NCBI GenBank assembly: GCA_002269645.1
Contig: NIVC01003824.1
Coordinates: forward strand, 1 to 64,000
Direction of reading: 5' to 3'
Origin: Macrostomum lignano
Taxonomy: Eukaryota
Length of the DNA stretch: 64,000 nt
Shown: positions 47,461-60,038 of the stretch, piece by piece
How positions within the stretch are numbered: the stretch's first letter is position 1
Layout: every line of letters begins with the position of its first letter
The notes under the pieces: model-generated
What the model was told of the DNA's origin: nothing
What the model saw: the letters and a program-made list of their open reading frames with translations, nothing else
The model's database searches: none
Translations under genes and position numbers: made by a program

Positions 47461-47597
47461 GTCTGTCTGTCTGTGTCTGTCTGTCTGTCTGTCTGTCTGT
47501 CTGGCTGTCTGTATGTGTCTGTCTGTCTGTCTGTCTGTCTGTGTCTGTCTGTCTGTGTCTGTCTGTCTGTCTGTCTGTCTGTCTGGCTGTCTGTATG

Positions 47598-47672
<75 letters not shown>

Positions 47673-47687
47673 GTGTGTGTGTGTGTG

Positions 47688-47722
<35 letters not shown>

Positions 47723-47755
47723 ATGTCTGTCTGTCTGTCTGTCTGTCTGTCTGCC

Positions 47756-47786
<31 letters not shown>

Positions 47787-48063
47787 GTGTCTGTCTGCCT
47801 GTCTGTCTGTCTGTCTTTCTGTCTGTCTGTCTGTCTGTGTGTCTGTCTGTCTGTCTGTCTGTCTTTACGTGACTGTCTGTCTGTCTGTGTCTGTCTGTCT
47901 GTCTGTCTTAGTGTCTGTCTGTCTGTCTGTCTGTGTGTCTGTCTGTCTGTGTGTCTGTCTGCCTGTCTGTCTGTCTGTCTGTCTTTCTGTCTGTCTGTCT
48001 GTCTGTGTGTCTGTCTGTCTGTCTGTCTTTACGTGTCTGTCTGTCTGTCTGTGTGTCTGTCTC

Positions 48064-48117
<54 letters not shown>

Positions 48118-48189
48118 AGTTTGTCTGTCTGTCTGTCTGTCTTTACCTGTCTGTCTGTCTGTCTGTGTGTCTGTCTGTGTGTCTGTCTC

Positions 48190-48239
<50 letters not shown>

Positions 48240-48265
48240 AGTTTGTCTGTCTGTCTGTCTGTCTG
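47137..48265. repeat. (TCTG)n microsatellite, ~1.1 kb
   Basis: tetranucleotide tract with CCTG and TG interruptions. Confidence 0.97.
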
Positions 48266-48609
48266 TGCCTTAACTTCGACAACAAGAGGCAAATGAAGAT
48301 GTATTATCACAGTCGTATATTGCTCTTTCAAAGACTCAATTTTAAGTTTGTTGGAACCAATGGATTCAGAGTTATAAAATAAAATAGATCTCATGACTGT
48401 CTGTCAAATATTCCTGAGCTGCAATGAGTCGCCAATCCCGACTGCTTCAATTCCGTCGGTCGATTTTCGACGCATTTTCGACGGCTGTTCGAGCGGCTGC
48501 AAATGAAAGGGAAAAATTGATTGAGAGGCATCGCAGTGCTGGCTTGTGAAAGTGTATCCTCATCAGAGACGGATTGGAAAATTCTTGTAAACGCCAGGGA
48601 AGGTTTAAC

Positions 48610-48965
48610 TGAAATAAAACTTCAGGGAGGGGCTTTGGAAACTGAAAAAAAAACTTTAGGGAGGGGGTTCGGATACTGAAAAAAAACTTCAGGGAGGGGC
48701 TTTGGAAACTGAAATAAAAACTTCAGGGAGGGGCTTTGGAAACTGAAATAAAAACTTCAGGGAGGGGCTTTGGAAACTGAAATAAAAACTTCAGGGAGGG
48801 GCTTTGGAAACTGAAGCAAAACTTCAGGGAGGGGCTTTGGAAACTGAAACACAACTTCAGGGAGGGGGTTCGGATACTGAAAAAAACTCCAGGGAGGGTT
48901 CGGATTCTGAAACAAAACTTCAGAGGGGGGTTCGAAAATTGAAGCCAAACTTCAGGGAGGGGGTT
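48610..48965. repeat. ~34-bp repeat (CAGGGAGGGGCTTTGGAAACTGAAATAAAAACTT)n
   Basis: ~10 imperfect units. Confidence 0.9.
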
Positions 48966-48974
48966 CAGCGATGA

Positions 48975-51900
48975 TCATATAACATCAACCGCAACCTCCA
49001 CAATCGAGCAAAAGCTGCTTACATGAACCCGAGCTCCCACCGCAGATTTGCTCCTTCTCTTCTCCAGGTTGCCATCCTCAGCCTCCTGATTGCCCACCCC
49101 CGCCGCCTCATCCTTCGCCAAGCAGCCTCCGCAGCCCGCCGCCTCGTACAGGCGAGCCACGCCGGCCAGCAGATGTCGGCGTTGCACTTTTATCGGCTCG
49201 ATGCCGCACTTCAGCCACGAGCTGCGCCGGGCTTTAATGACGGCAGAGACAGGAAATGAGGCTGGATTGGGATGAAGGTGCCTGCTACTAGGTATGAGTA
49301 GTATCTGCAGCACTTACTCAAGCAGCTGCAGACAAGTCCAACAGACACTGTGACCAGAACACCCACGACTGGGGTCCACACGTAGCTGATTGTGTAGATG
49401 TACTCTTGGAGAAACCTGGGTGAATTTGGTGCGTTTCTGCTTTGTTCTGGCGTTTCCTACTGATTCCATTCTAGTCTCCTTCTCCCACACCCTCCCGACT
49501 CCCCACACCCTCCCTGACTCCCCATACCCTCCCGACTCCCACACCCTCCCGACTCCCCACACCCTCCCGACTCCCCACACCCTCCCGACTCCCCACACCC
49601 TCCCGACTCCCCACACCCTCCCGACTCCCCACACCCTCCCGACTCCCCACACCCTCCCCGACTCCCCACACCATCCCCGCCTCCCCACACCCTCCCTGAC
49701 TCCCCACACCCTCCCCCGACAACTCCGTTCACACAGCTCACACTCCTTTCACACAGTTCACACCCTTCACACAGCTCACACCCTTCACACAGCTCACACC
49801 CTTCACACAGCTCACACCCTTCACACAGCTTACACTACTTTCACAAAGTTCACACCCTTCACACAGCTCACACTCCTTTCACACAGTTCACACCCTTCAT
49901 ACAGCTCACACACACTACTTTCACACAGTTCACACCCTTCACACAGCTCACACCCTTCACACAGTTCACACCCTTCACACAGCTCACACCCTTCACACAG
50001 TTCACACCCTTCACACAGCTCACACTCCTTTCACACAATTCACACCCTTCATACAGCTCACACACACTACTTTCACACAGTTCACACCTTTCACACAGCT
50101 CACACCCTTCACACAGCTCACACCCTTCACACAGCTCACACCCTTCACACAGTTCACACCCTTCACACAGTTCACACCCTTCACACAGCTCACACTCCTT
50201 TCACACAGTTCACACTCTTCACACGGCTCACACTCCTTTCACACAGCTCACACCCTTCACACAGCTTACACTACTTTCACACAGCTCACACTCCTTTCAC
50301 ACAGTTCACACCCTTCACACGGCTCACACTCCTTTCACAAAGTTCACACCGTTCACACAGCTCACACTTCCGCAGCTCACACTCACACAGCTTCTCCGTC
50401 TGCAGGTTGGCATCTACAGGCTCACCCGCTAGAAGATTTCTCAGTCAATCCTCCATCTGTGCTGCCCCAGTCCAGGCTGCTCGTCATGATACTACTAGCA
50501 GCAGTAGTAGCAGTAGTAGAGAACTGCTGTTCCAACTGGCAGCCGGTGATATTGGCGGGCAGTCTCACATTCTCCCTGCTGATACTGTAGGCCCCGATGC
50601 CGACCCACATGGAGCAGGCCAGGCCCACCAGGGGGCCCACCGCGGCCCCGAGCCAGTTGGCACAGGGGAACAGGCAGCCAAGAAGGAACAGGCCGACGCT
50701 GGGGCCAGCCGCCGCGCCCAGGAATGTGGTCACCGCCTGGATGATGGTGCCGCCTAACTGGGCCACGATATACGCCACCGCCGTGCTGAGGAGACCGGCT
50801 GCGGCTACCAGCGACTTGGCAACCAGTGTAGCCCGGGATTCTGACAGCTGGGAGGTTTTGGTGTAGGTCTAGTAGGTTCTGGTGTGGGTCAAGTAGGCTC
50901 TGGTGTAGGTCTAGTAGGTTCTGGTGTAGGTCTAGCAGGTTCTGGTGTATGTTAGTAGGTTCTGGTGTAGGTCTAGTAGGTTCTGGTGTAGGTCTAGTAG
51001 GTTCTGGTGTAGGTCTAGTAGGTTCTGGTGTAGGTCTAGTAGGTTCTGGTGTAGGTCTAGTAGGTTCTGGTGTAGGTCTAGTAGATATTGGTGTAGGTCT
51101 AGTACATGTAGATTCTGATGTAGGTCTTTTAGGGTTTTGATGTAGGTCTAGTAGGTTCTGGTGTAGGTTTAGTAGATATTGGTGTAGGCTTTGGTTTAGG
51201 TTTTGGTGCTATTAGGGGAGGTTTTAAACAATATATAGTATAAACAATATAAACAATATAGCAGATGGGTTGCCAAGGTGCACCGCCGGTCACCTTCTTG
51301 CACGCGTACGGCCGCAGCAGGTCGGTCCAGGCGATGGTGGACACGGAGCTCAGCGACGAGGACACTGACGACAGAGCGGCAGCCAGCAGAGCGGCCGTGA
51401 ACAAACCCGGAAATCCGGGCACGTTCATGCGCTCCATCACGTAGTAGGTGACGATCTGGTTGGTGTCCGCCCAGCCTGCGGTGTGAATGTCGCAGGCCAC
51501 GGAGGCGTAGCGGCCGAAGATCGCCAGCCCCACCAGGGTGCACACGCTGACCATGATCCAGTGGCCGACGAGGCCGAACACCACGCTCCTGCGGGATGGC
51601 GTTGCTGGGGTTGTTTATCACGGAGTTGTGCTTTTTAGGTGCGTTTAAATTGTGTTTATATTCAAATGTGTTTATATTCAAATGTGTTTATATTCAGGCG
51701 TGTTTAGATTTTTTTGTGATCATTTAGGTGTACTAATCAATAAGGTGTGTTTATTGACAGTCTACTTAGGAGCTGGGTTGTTTTAAGAAGCGTGTTTTTG
51801 ATTATTTAGGTGTACGTTTAAAGAAATTATGTCTGTTTCAAGGCGTGTTTATCTACATAATGTGATGATTTTCAATACAAGCGAGCCTTGCTCTTATTGA

Positions 51901-54900
51901 TTTTTTTAAAGCGCAGGTACTTGTTGACTATAAACTCAATATGAAATTGTTCTTTCGACAGACAGCCATGTAGTTAAAGGAATGAAACAGCCACACAGAA
52001 AACCGATAAACAGGCTGTTTCTTTTATCCCATTAACCTTGAATCGCAAGCCTTCAAATATTCTTAGAAACAATAAAATAATAATAATATTAATAATAATA
52101 ATAATTGATTACGCCTGTCCCAATGTGCCAGATGTGCAACCGACAGCTCAGCCGCAGCTATTGCGCGGCGCATCTGAAGGCTGCGTACGGCTGTTCAGTC
52201 CAAGGACTGGGGGGCTTGGGGGTCGCCACACACAGCCTCAATTACCCCAGCTAATGCTGGAACCCATTTTACAGCTGGGTGAACTGAAGCAATGCAGAGT
52301 TAAGCTTAAAGACACAAGTTGTTCCGAGTAGGTTGAGAATCGAACCCCCGACCTTCCAGTCGTGAACCCGACGCTCTTACCACTGGGCTACAAGCCTTAG
52401 ACACCGACAAGAAGCTCAAAGAGCTCATCAGTTCTCACAACTTAGCAGCTCGGAGACTTGGCAGTGAGCAGTACCGCTGCACAGACGGCTGACTGACGGC
52501 CACCTGAATCAGCCAGTACATCGCCTGGCCGAAGATCATGCCCCACAGCGAGTGGCGCTCCCTCGGGTCCGCAGTCAACGGTGGCAACTGCAGCCTGCCG
52601 TAGTCCATGTTCAGCTGCCACATTTGGCCAAACCCGCCTGAATCAACCACGGCCTGAGGGATATGAAAGAAAACTGTAAAGAGAATGTTCGTGACATCTG
52701 CTGGTGAATTTCTAAACTTTACAAGCACGAGACTTCAGAGGCCCCAATCATCACAAGCTCCTATCTTCACAAGCTCCAATCTTCACAAGCTCCAATCTTC
52801 ACAAGCTCCAATCTTCATAAGTTCCAATCTTCACAAGCTCCTATCTTCACAACCTACAATCTTCACAAGCTCCAATCTTCACAAGTTCCAATCTTCACAA
52901 GCTCCAATCTTCACAACCTACAATCTTCACAAGCTACAATCTTCACAACCTACAATCTTCACAAGCTACAATCTTCACAACTTACAATCTTCACAAGCTC
53001 CAATCTTCACAAGTTCCAATCTTCACAAGTTCCAATCTTCACAAGCCTCAATCTTCACAAGCTCCAATCTCCACAAGCCCAATCTTCACAAGCTCCAATC
53101 TTCACAACTTACAATCTTCACAAGCTCCAATCTTCACAAACTCCAATCTCCACAAGCCCAATCTCCACAAGCCTCAATCTTCACAAGCTCCAATCTTCAC
53201 AAACTCCAATCTCCACAAGCCCAATCTCCACAAGCCCAATCTTCACAAGCCTCAATCTTCACAAGCTCCTATCTTCACAAGCTCCAATCTTCACAAGTTC
53301 CTATCTTCACAGGTTACAATCTTCACAATTTCCAATCTTCACAAGCTCCGATCTTCACAAGTTCCTATCTTCACAACCTACAATCTTCACAAGCTCCAAT
53401 CTTCACAACCTACAATCTTCACAACCTACAATCTTCACAAGCCCCAATCTTCACAAGTTCCAATCTTCACAAGCTCCAATCTTCACAACCTACAATCTTC
53501 ACAAGCTACAATCTTCACAACCTACAATCTTCACAAGCTACAATCTTCACAACTTACAATCTTCACAAGCTCCAATCTTCACAAGTTCCAATCTTCACAA
53601 GTTCCTATCTTCACAACCTACAATCTTCACAAGCTCCAATCTTCACAAGTTCCAATCTTCACAAGCTCCAATCTTCACAACCTACAATCTTCACAAGCTA
53701 CAATCTTCACAACCTACAATCTTCACAAGCTACAATCTTCACAACTTACAATCTTCACAAGCTCCAATCTTCACAAGTTCCAATCTTCACAAGCCTCAAT
53801 CTTCACAAGCTCCAATCTCCACAAGCCCAATCTTCACAAGCTCCAATCTTCACAACTTACAATCTTCACAAGCTCCAATCTTCACAAACTCCAATCTCCA
53901 CAAGCCCAATCTCCACACGCCCAATCTCCACAAGCCTCAATCTTCACAAGCTCCAATCTTCACAAACTCCAATCTCCACAAGCCCAATCTCCACAAGCCC
54001 AATCTTCACAAGCCTCAATCTTCACAAGCTCCTATCTTCACAAGCTCCAATTTTCACAAGCTCCAATCTCCACAAGCCCAATCTTCACAAGCTCCAATCT
54101 TCACAAGCTCCAATCTTCACAAGCCCAATCTTCACAAGCTCCAATCTTCACAAGTTCCAATCTTCACAAGTTCCAATCTTCACAAGCCTCAATCTTCACA
54201 AGCTCCTATCTTCACAAACTCCAATCTTCACAACCTACAATCTTCACAAGTTACAATCTTCACAAGTTCCAATCTTCACAATTTCCAATCTTCACAAGCT
54301 CCAATCTTCACAACCTACAATCTTCACAAGCTCCAATCTTCACAACCTACAATCTTCACAACCTACAATCTTCACAATTTCCAATCTTCACAAGCTCCAA
54401 TCTTCACAACCTACAATCTTCACAAGCTCCAATCTTCACAACCTACAATCTTCACAACCTACAATCTTCACAACCTACAATCTTCACAACCTACAATCTT
54501 CACAACCTACAATCTTCACAACCTACAATCTTCACAACCTACAATCTTCACAACCTACAATCTTCACAACCTACAATCTTCACAAGTTACAATCTTCACA
54601 AGCTCCGATCTTCACAGGTTACAATCTTCACAATTTCCAATCTTCACAAGCTCCAATCTTCACAAGTTCCAATCTTCACAAGCCCCAATCTTCACAAGCC
54701 CCAATCTTCACAAGCTCCAATCTTCACAAGCTCCAATCTTCATTTCTAACGTACTCTGCTCATGTCATAATACTAAAAGACCGTGGAGACTCAGGTAGTT
54801 GATCACCTTGACAGCAACAGCCACAGTGCCAGCCAGCATGATGCCAGCTTGAATGGCGTCAACCCACACCACCGCCTTCATGCCGCCGAGCAGAGTGTAA

Positions 54901-56579
54901 AAAGTGCCGATTATGCCGCAGGCGGCTATCACGTACTCGCGACGGACTGCGCTGTCCGTGACTGCAAGTGGTTGCAGTGGAGAATGGGCCGCTGGGAGAT
55001 GCTCTTGCTCCCCTGTATTCTGAACACACTGTCCACTTTTCCATTCCTTCCCCATCCGTGCACTCTTCCTATCCGTGAGCTTTTCTCACTTCATTCTTCT
55101 CCATCCAACTTCTCTACCATCCTTGACTGTTGACTTTCACATGTACAAGGACAACTTAAGTAGAAGGACGCAACACTCGAAATCTATAAATACACTACAG
55201 GGATAGGAGGTTTTAATTTTTTCAGCATAAAAATTGTTATTGCTTTGGATAGGAGGCAGATCCAGCGTTCATCTTTTGATATGCTGTGCCTTTCTTATTG
55301 CTCTATCGATATTCATAAAGCTTCATTTGAGAAAACTTTAAAAATAATGACAAGACCAATTTAACATGAAAAATCGATTAATGCGTCGTTAGAGCAGCAT
55401 GTGAGGCACAGAATAGTGTGATTAGAACTTTCTCTGACACTGTTAAGAGACCCAATCACTGTTTCGGTGTTGAGAAATTTCCTATCTCCGTAGTGTATTT
55501 TTCGGTGAAAAGTTGCCTTCAAAACATTTACCACAGATATCGAGTGTTGCGTCCTGTATATGCTACTTGAGTAGTCCTTGCATATGTTTTGTTTTTAATT
55601 CCTCTAATATAGATTCATAAAATAGGTACCGAATAATTTTGTTACCTCTCTCAGTGGCTGTGCATGGTGCAAATATGGCACTCCCGGCGTACATGATCTG
55701 AAATGCATCTTGTTTTAATCACTTAGTACAGCAAATTTGATTTTATTAATTGTACATGTACCAACTCGCTATGACTTACCATAATGACCAAATTCAGGAG
55801 GGTCCCGATGCAGCGCACCAGCTTAGATTGGAATCTCTGCTCCAGATACTGGTTTGAGTGTTTGAGATGGGTTTGGTTTGAGCAGTGCGATAGTGTCTGT
55901 AGCAGAAATCCGTGACATACGAAAAGGCGCAGGATACCGTCAATTGTCACTGACAGTCAATTTTCACCTGACAGTCAATTGTCACTGACAGTCAATTGTC
56001 ACTGACAGGCAATTGTCACCTCAATTGTCACTGACAGTCAATTGTCACCTGACAGTCAACTGTCACTGACAGTCAACTGTCACTGACAGTTAATTTCCCT
56101 GACAGTCAATTGTCTCTGACAGTCAATTGTCACCTGAGAGTGAAATGTCACTGGCAATCAAATTGCGGCAGTCGCAGACCCGCAGGAAATAGCTACAAGC
56201 AGCTTTATCAAAAAATGCCTCCAGTTACCTCGAAGGCGCTGGTTATTCGCAGCTGATAGAACAGTCCAACGAACAGAAACGCTGTCGTCAGGTACGCAAT
56301 GGTTGCGCCGATCAGGTGAAAGTGAAACCCAATGCCGTTCAGGTAGATCTCGGCCGGATGTCCCAGGATGAGGATGGCGGACAGGAAGCTGGCCACCAGA
56401 GACACGGACACTGGCACCAGTCTCATACTGCGATCTCCCATGAGATACTCGGCTGTTGTCTTCTGCTTACCGCCCGACAAGGCAAAGTAGATCCCCACTG
56501 AGCACGAAATGAGCAACGACAAGACTAGGATGACGTAGTCTGCCCAGTGGAAGCTGTTTCTGGTGCGTTCCAGAGCCAT
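48975..56579 (-). CDS. sodium:solute symporter, SLC5A5/6/8/12 (SMCT/SMVT) subfamily; exons 56579-56229, 55848-55780, 55697-55646, 54961-54807, 52653-52439, 51588-51294, 50847-50426, 49415-49318, 49261-48975
   Basis: WADY...GIYFA...EYLMGDRSM...[20 protein letters not shown]; YLEQRF; [18 protein letters not shown]; SQPSVQRY; [21 protein letters not shown]; ISYVW; junctions phase-consistent (0,0,1,0,2,0,2,1); last exon end could alternatively splice at ~49021. Confidence 0.9.
49490..50390. repeat. two abutting 18-bp arrays (CCCTCCCGACTCCCCACA)n and (CACACCCTTCACACAGCT)n in SLC5 intron 7
   Basis: period 18 in both; switch at ~49720. Confidence 0.93.
50862..51195. repeat. 21-bp repeat (GTAGGTCTAGTAGGTTCTGGT)n in SLC5 intron 6
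   Basis: period 21. Confidence 0.93.
52072..52396 (-). mobile_element. full-length SINE family 1 copy in SLC5 intron 5
   Basis: GGCTTGTAGCCCAGTGGTAAGAGCG...GGTTCGATTCTC head, CORE-like segment, (ATT)n tail, probable TSD TTAGA(A/C)AC. Confidence 0.88.
52750..54742. repeat. 16-bp minisatellite (TCTTCACAAGCTCCAA)n, ~2 kb, SLC5 intron 4
   Basis: period 16; source of the spurious 705-aa ORF. Confidence 0.97.
55938..56160. repeat. 17-bp repeat (TCAATTGTCACTGACAG)n in SLC5 intron 1
   Basis: unit contains the quasi-palindrome TGTCA-C-TGACA. Confidence 0.85.
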
Positions 56580-57075
56580 GCGATTATTGTGCACCTGCAG
56601 CTGTTCACCATGTACTGTGATTGAAGTTTGAAAACACTTCTCACTTGAAAGCTCGAATTAAAGGCTATGAGAAACCCTATTAAGTCCGAGTCTCAGCTTA
56701 GTTCGAGCTCACTACTAATCTTTCGTGTTATCTGTGCTCGTAATCAGCGCTGTTGGTTCGCCGTTGATATTTTCAACAGTTTAGAGCAAAGCAGTGATAG
56801 TGTGTCGCTGTGCGTTATTTAATTTGCTGTCCTACTTTTTTGCATACACGTCACCTCTACCTATCTGAATTTTATACGTTGACCTAACTTGTATGACATG
56901 TACAGTTGCGTTTTCTAAACAGAGCTGGGTGGAGTTTTGCCATAGACTAATTCCTCGCTAGAAAAGTACAATAGAGAGACAGGAAGAGCTGCAACTTTGC
57001 CGAAAATTTTTATAAGTCGATTTGCGAATCAATAAGATCTTAAATATTTTCAAAAGGAAAATCCAAGCAGTAATG

Positions 57076-57810
57076 TTAGGCCAGTTGCAGTTTGACCCAG
57101 TCGGCGCTCGTCTCGATCTCCGCCTCCACCTGAGCGTCGGTGAACAGCAGCAGGCGGCAGGCTCTCAGCTTGCTGTTGTACAGCACGTGTCTGCAGCTGC
57201 CGTCAATCATAGCGGCTGCAAAGCATTCAAAAGCGCTGCTCACATTCGGCACATCGGTGAAGCAGTACTCGGAGTTGAAGCTCTGGCGATTGAAGGCGGT
57301 AGGCGTCCAGACGCCGGCAGTCGGCGGTCGGGCACCGGCTACGAACTCGCAGGCGAACCCGAAGTTCGATTTGCAACTTCTGTCAGCCAAGTAACTGCCG
57401 TTGTACAGTCGGAGGCAGTTGGCGATAACTCCACCATTCGGCTCATTGTTCCTAAACAGGCTGCCGTCCTCCGGGAGGATGCCGTTTCCGTTGATCCTCT
57501 GCCAGCCGGCTCTGTTCCGGTTTCTCTCATCGGCCAGGTCGCTCAGCCCGACCCACAGATCGCAGCTGCAGTTGGCATCGCGGATTCTCCCTTTTCGAAA
57601 CTTCTGGATGGAACTGTGCGAGTTGACGAGCTCGCCTCCGATCGATGCGCACTGCCGATTGGCTGAGCACCAGCTGTGGTTCTGAGCTGTGCTCACGAAC
57701 AGGCACAGACCGGCCTGCACGGTGAACGGTGCGGGACACGGCAGCAGATCCTGCGACTGCAGCAGCTGGCATCTCAGCAGGAGCAGCAGCAGCAGCAATG
57801 GCTGCATCAT
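57076..57810 (-). CDS. secreted C-type lectin (EPN motif) with C-terminal PAN/apple-like domain, single exon
   Basis: signal peptide; CPAPF...C, WCSANRQCASIGGELV, LWVGLSD, NNEPNG...NC...LADRSC...FACE; tail FECFAAAMIDGSCRHVLYNSKLRACRL. Confidence 0.9.
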   Translation of the reverse strand: MMQPLLLLLLLLRCQLLQSQDLLPCPAPFTVQAGLCLFVSTAQNHSWCSANRQCASIGGELVNSHSSIQKFRKGRIRDANCSCDLWVGLSDLADERNRNRAGWQRINGNGILPEDGSLFRNNEPNGGVIANCLRLYNGSYLADRSCKSNFGFACEFVAGARPPTAGVWTPTAFNRQSFNSEYCFTDVPNVSSAFECFAAAMIDGSCRHVLYNSKLRACRLLLFTDAQVEAEIETSADWVKLQLA

Positions 57811-58529
57811 TGACGCTCACAAATTATAGATTGGGTGCTCTTCTGCTGTTTTCCTAATTAGAAAATAGTTCCACTCCCGGGGCAAACGTTACTAATGCTC
57901 AAGTTGCAAAACTGCTGCTACTTCTCAAGAATGAATTAAGACGCATTCAGCCAGCGTCAGGCGTATCTTAAATAGCCGATCTTGTACCTCTGACTACTCC
58001 CATTGGCTAAACTCCATCTAGTAGCATTGAGGCTTCTCTCTCGAATCGGAATCTGTACGTCTGTCCCGCTTGACTAATCAAAGCTTGGCTCTAAACTTAA
58101 CGTACCCTCCAAGCAGTGCAGTACCCAGAAGCTGAGGCTGTTCAAGTTTGCACATTAATGTGGTTGCGAGCATTTGAGACTGGGAGACGTTGCAGACGCT
58201 CAAGCAACCTCTGTAAACAAGAAAAGCCTCTATCTCTGCATGCATGTCTACCTGTGAAACAAAACCTACGAGCGTATAAAAGCATGATTTACGAGCTAAA
58301 TGGGATCAATTTATGGATGAAAGGCTGTTGGCAAAGCTTAGAACACGCTTTCGGCCATGGATTGAACTCAAGGCCAAGTCTAGCGCTACTTTTCTGTTTG
58401 GCATTGGTAAAAGTCAGCGCGAGTTGGAGGACTTGCGCACGTAGAGCATTGGAATTACTGCATTTTTCGCACCTGCACGAAGCAAGAAAATTCGATTTAA
58501 AGAAGTGATTCAACCGAAACAACCGCCAA

Positions 58530-58590
58530 AAGGTGCGAACAGGCACAGACCAGCCTGCAGGAGTGAACGGTGCGGGGACATGACTGCTAC
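58530..58590 (-). pseudogene. fragment of a lectin paralog (N-terminal CPAPFT..QAGLCLF segment)
   Basis: near-identical to 57695-57742. Confidence 0.7.
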
Positions 58591-59309
58591 AGCCTCATAC
58601 CGAATTTCAATCCTTATATTAAAACTCGCAGAAAAGTACTTTGCCTGCTTCCAAAAATGATTTGTCAGCTTTGCTGGGTGACTATTGACTATACTTCGCG
58701 TCGCCTGACTTCCTTTCCAAATTAAATACATGTAGGTTTTCCCGCCTTTCAGCCAGTCCGCTAAATCAGCTCATGTTGGTTTTGGAGTCGCTACTAGCTT
58801 TCAGTTGCTAAATAAGCATGCAATTCTGTCTGTATCAGTCAGTTTAGACAATATCTGGATGGTTTGGTGACAACAACCTCCTGGCTAATGGTTATTTTAC
58901 TGTAGTATAACAGGACAAAAAACTTTTAAGATCGTGTAAGTTTTTGGAGGCCAATTTCCTAAAAAAATAGCTAAACTGCGGAGATGGGATCGAAATCATT
59001 TTTTCATCACAAAATCAACGATTGCATTTGATCTGGGGCAAGTGAAGATGATCACTCCTTTAATTTAGCATCCGAAACAGTATACTCTGTTGTATTTTAG
59101 ATGAATTGCTGAGATACACAGACTCAAAGATTAAAACAGTTATTCCATTCAATCTTGTCTCCGCAACGATGGACGCTGATTGCTAATTCAGACTAAACAT
59201 AAACCATGCGACTAAAAAGTCTGGCTCCGATTGTCGACTGTAATGAAAAGCTGAACAAATTCAAAACTTGCAGGTAAGAGTTCTTTAAAGCAGCTCTCCA
59301 TATCTTAGC

Positions 59310-59480
59310 AGATGGCAGCGGACTCCGTTCAATCGCACCAGCTACAACCGATCAGCCCCGCGAGTACTGCCACGCTGACCTGCTGTAGGTACAGCAGACA
59401 CGTGCTGTACAACAGCAAGCTGAGAGCCTGCTACCTGCTGCTGTTCACCGACGCTCAGGTGGAGAACATCAAGACAAGCA
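59310..59480 (+). pseudogene. inverted fragment of a lectin paralog C-terminus
   Basis: reads SRHVLYNSKLRACYLLLFTDAQVE on +, matching 57110-57190 on -. Confidence 0.8.
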
Positions 59481-60038
59481 TAAATAGTTGGCCCAATTTT
59501 GGCATCTCGACTTAGCAATTTACCTCTGTATTGCTACGTAGGTTGTAATTACGTAATATTTTAGTCCCGTTGCTGTACGTGTGCATCGAAAATAGTTGAC
59601 AATGTGCCAAAATACAAAAACAATTTATATAAGAAAATCTTGTATGGATTTTGACAGCAAAGTTGACTAAGACTTGTCACAATTGGATTAATTTCATCAG
59701 AAGATCTATTAATTTACCAGGGTTTCCATGGACTCTATAGCTCCTGTACGAGCCGGACCAGTGCTCAAAACAAACTCAAACCGACAGGAGTTACTGTATC
59801 CTTTATAGCACCAATAGCAACCGGTAGCTTTGAAAGTATATAGATGATAAAAAATGACAAGACATTGGCAACTCTTGACAACATTGAGTTGAAGTGCTTT
59901 TCCTCACTGTCTGTCAAATAAAAAAGTTTAAAAAATATACTTGGCTGTAAAATACTACTATAACTATACTATTGCTAATAGATAGGGCCAGTTTATGCTC
60001 ACTGTCTCGTCACTAGTGAATTCTCCATTCGTTAGTCA

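Noticed and set aside
47099-48394. CLSV/TDRQ ORFs (also at 34734-35412 and 41326-42085)
   Set aside because: (TCTG)n microsatellites
52685-54802. 705-aa ORF ([16 protein letters not shown] repeats)
   Set aside because: It is the translation of a 16-bp array lying antisense within SLC5 intron 4; stop-free by unit composition
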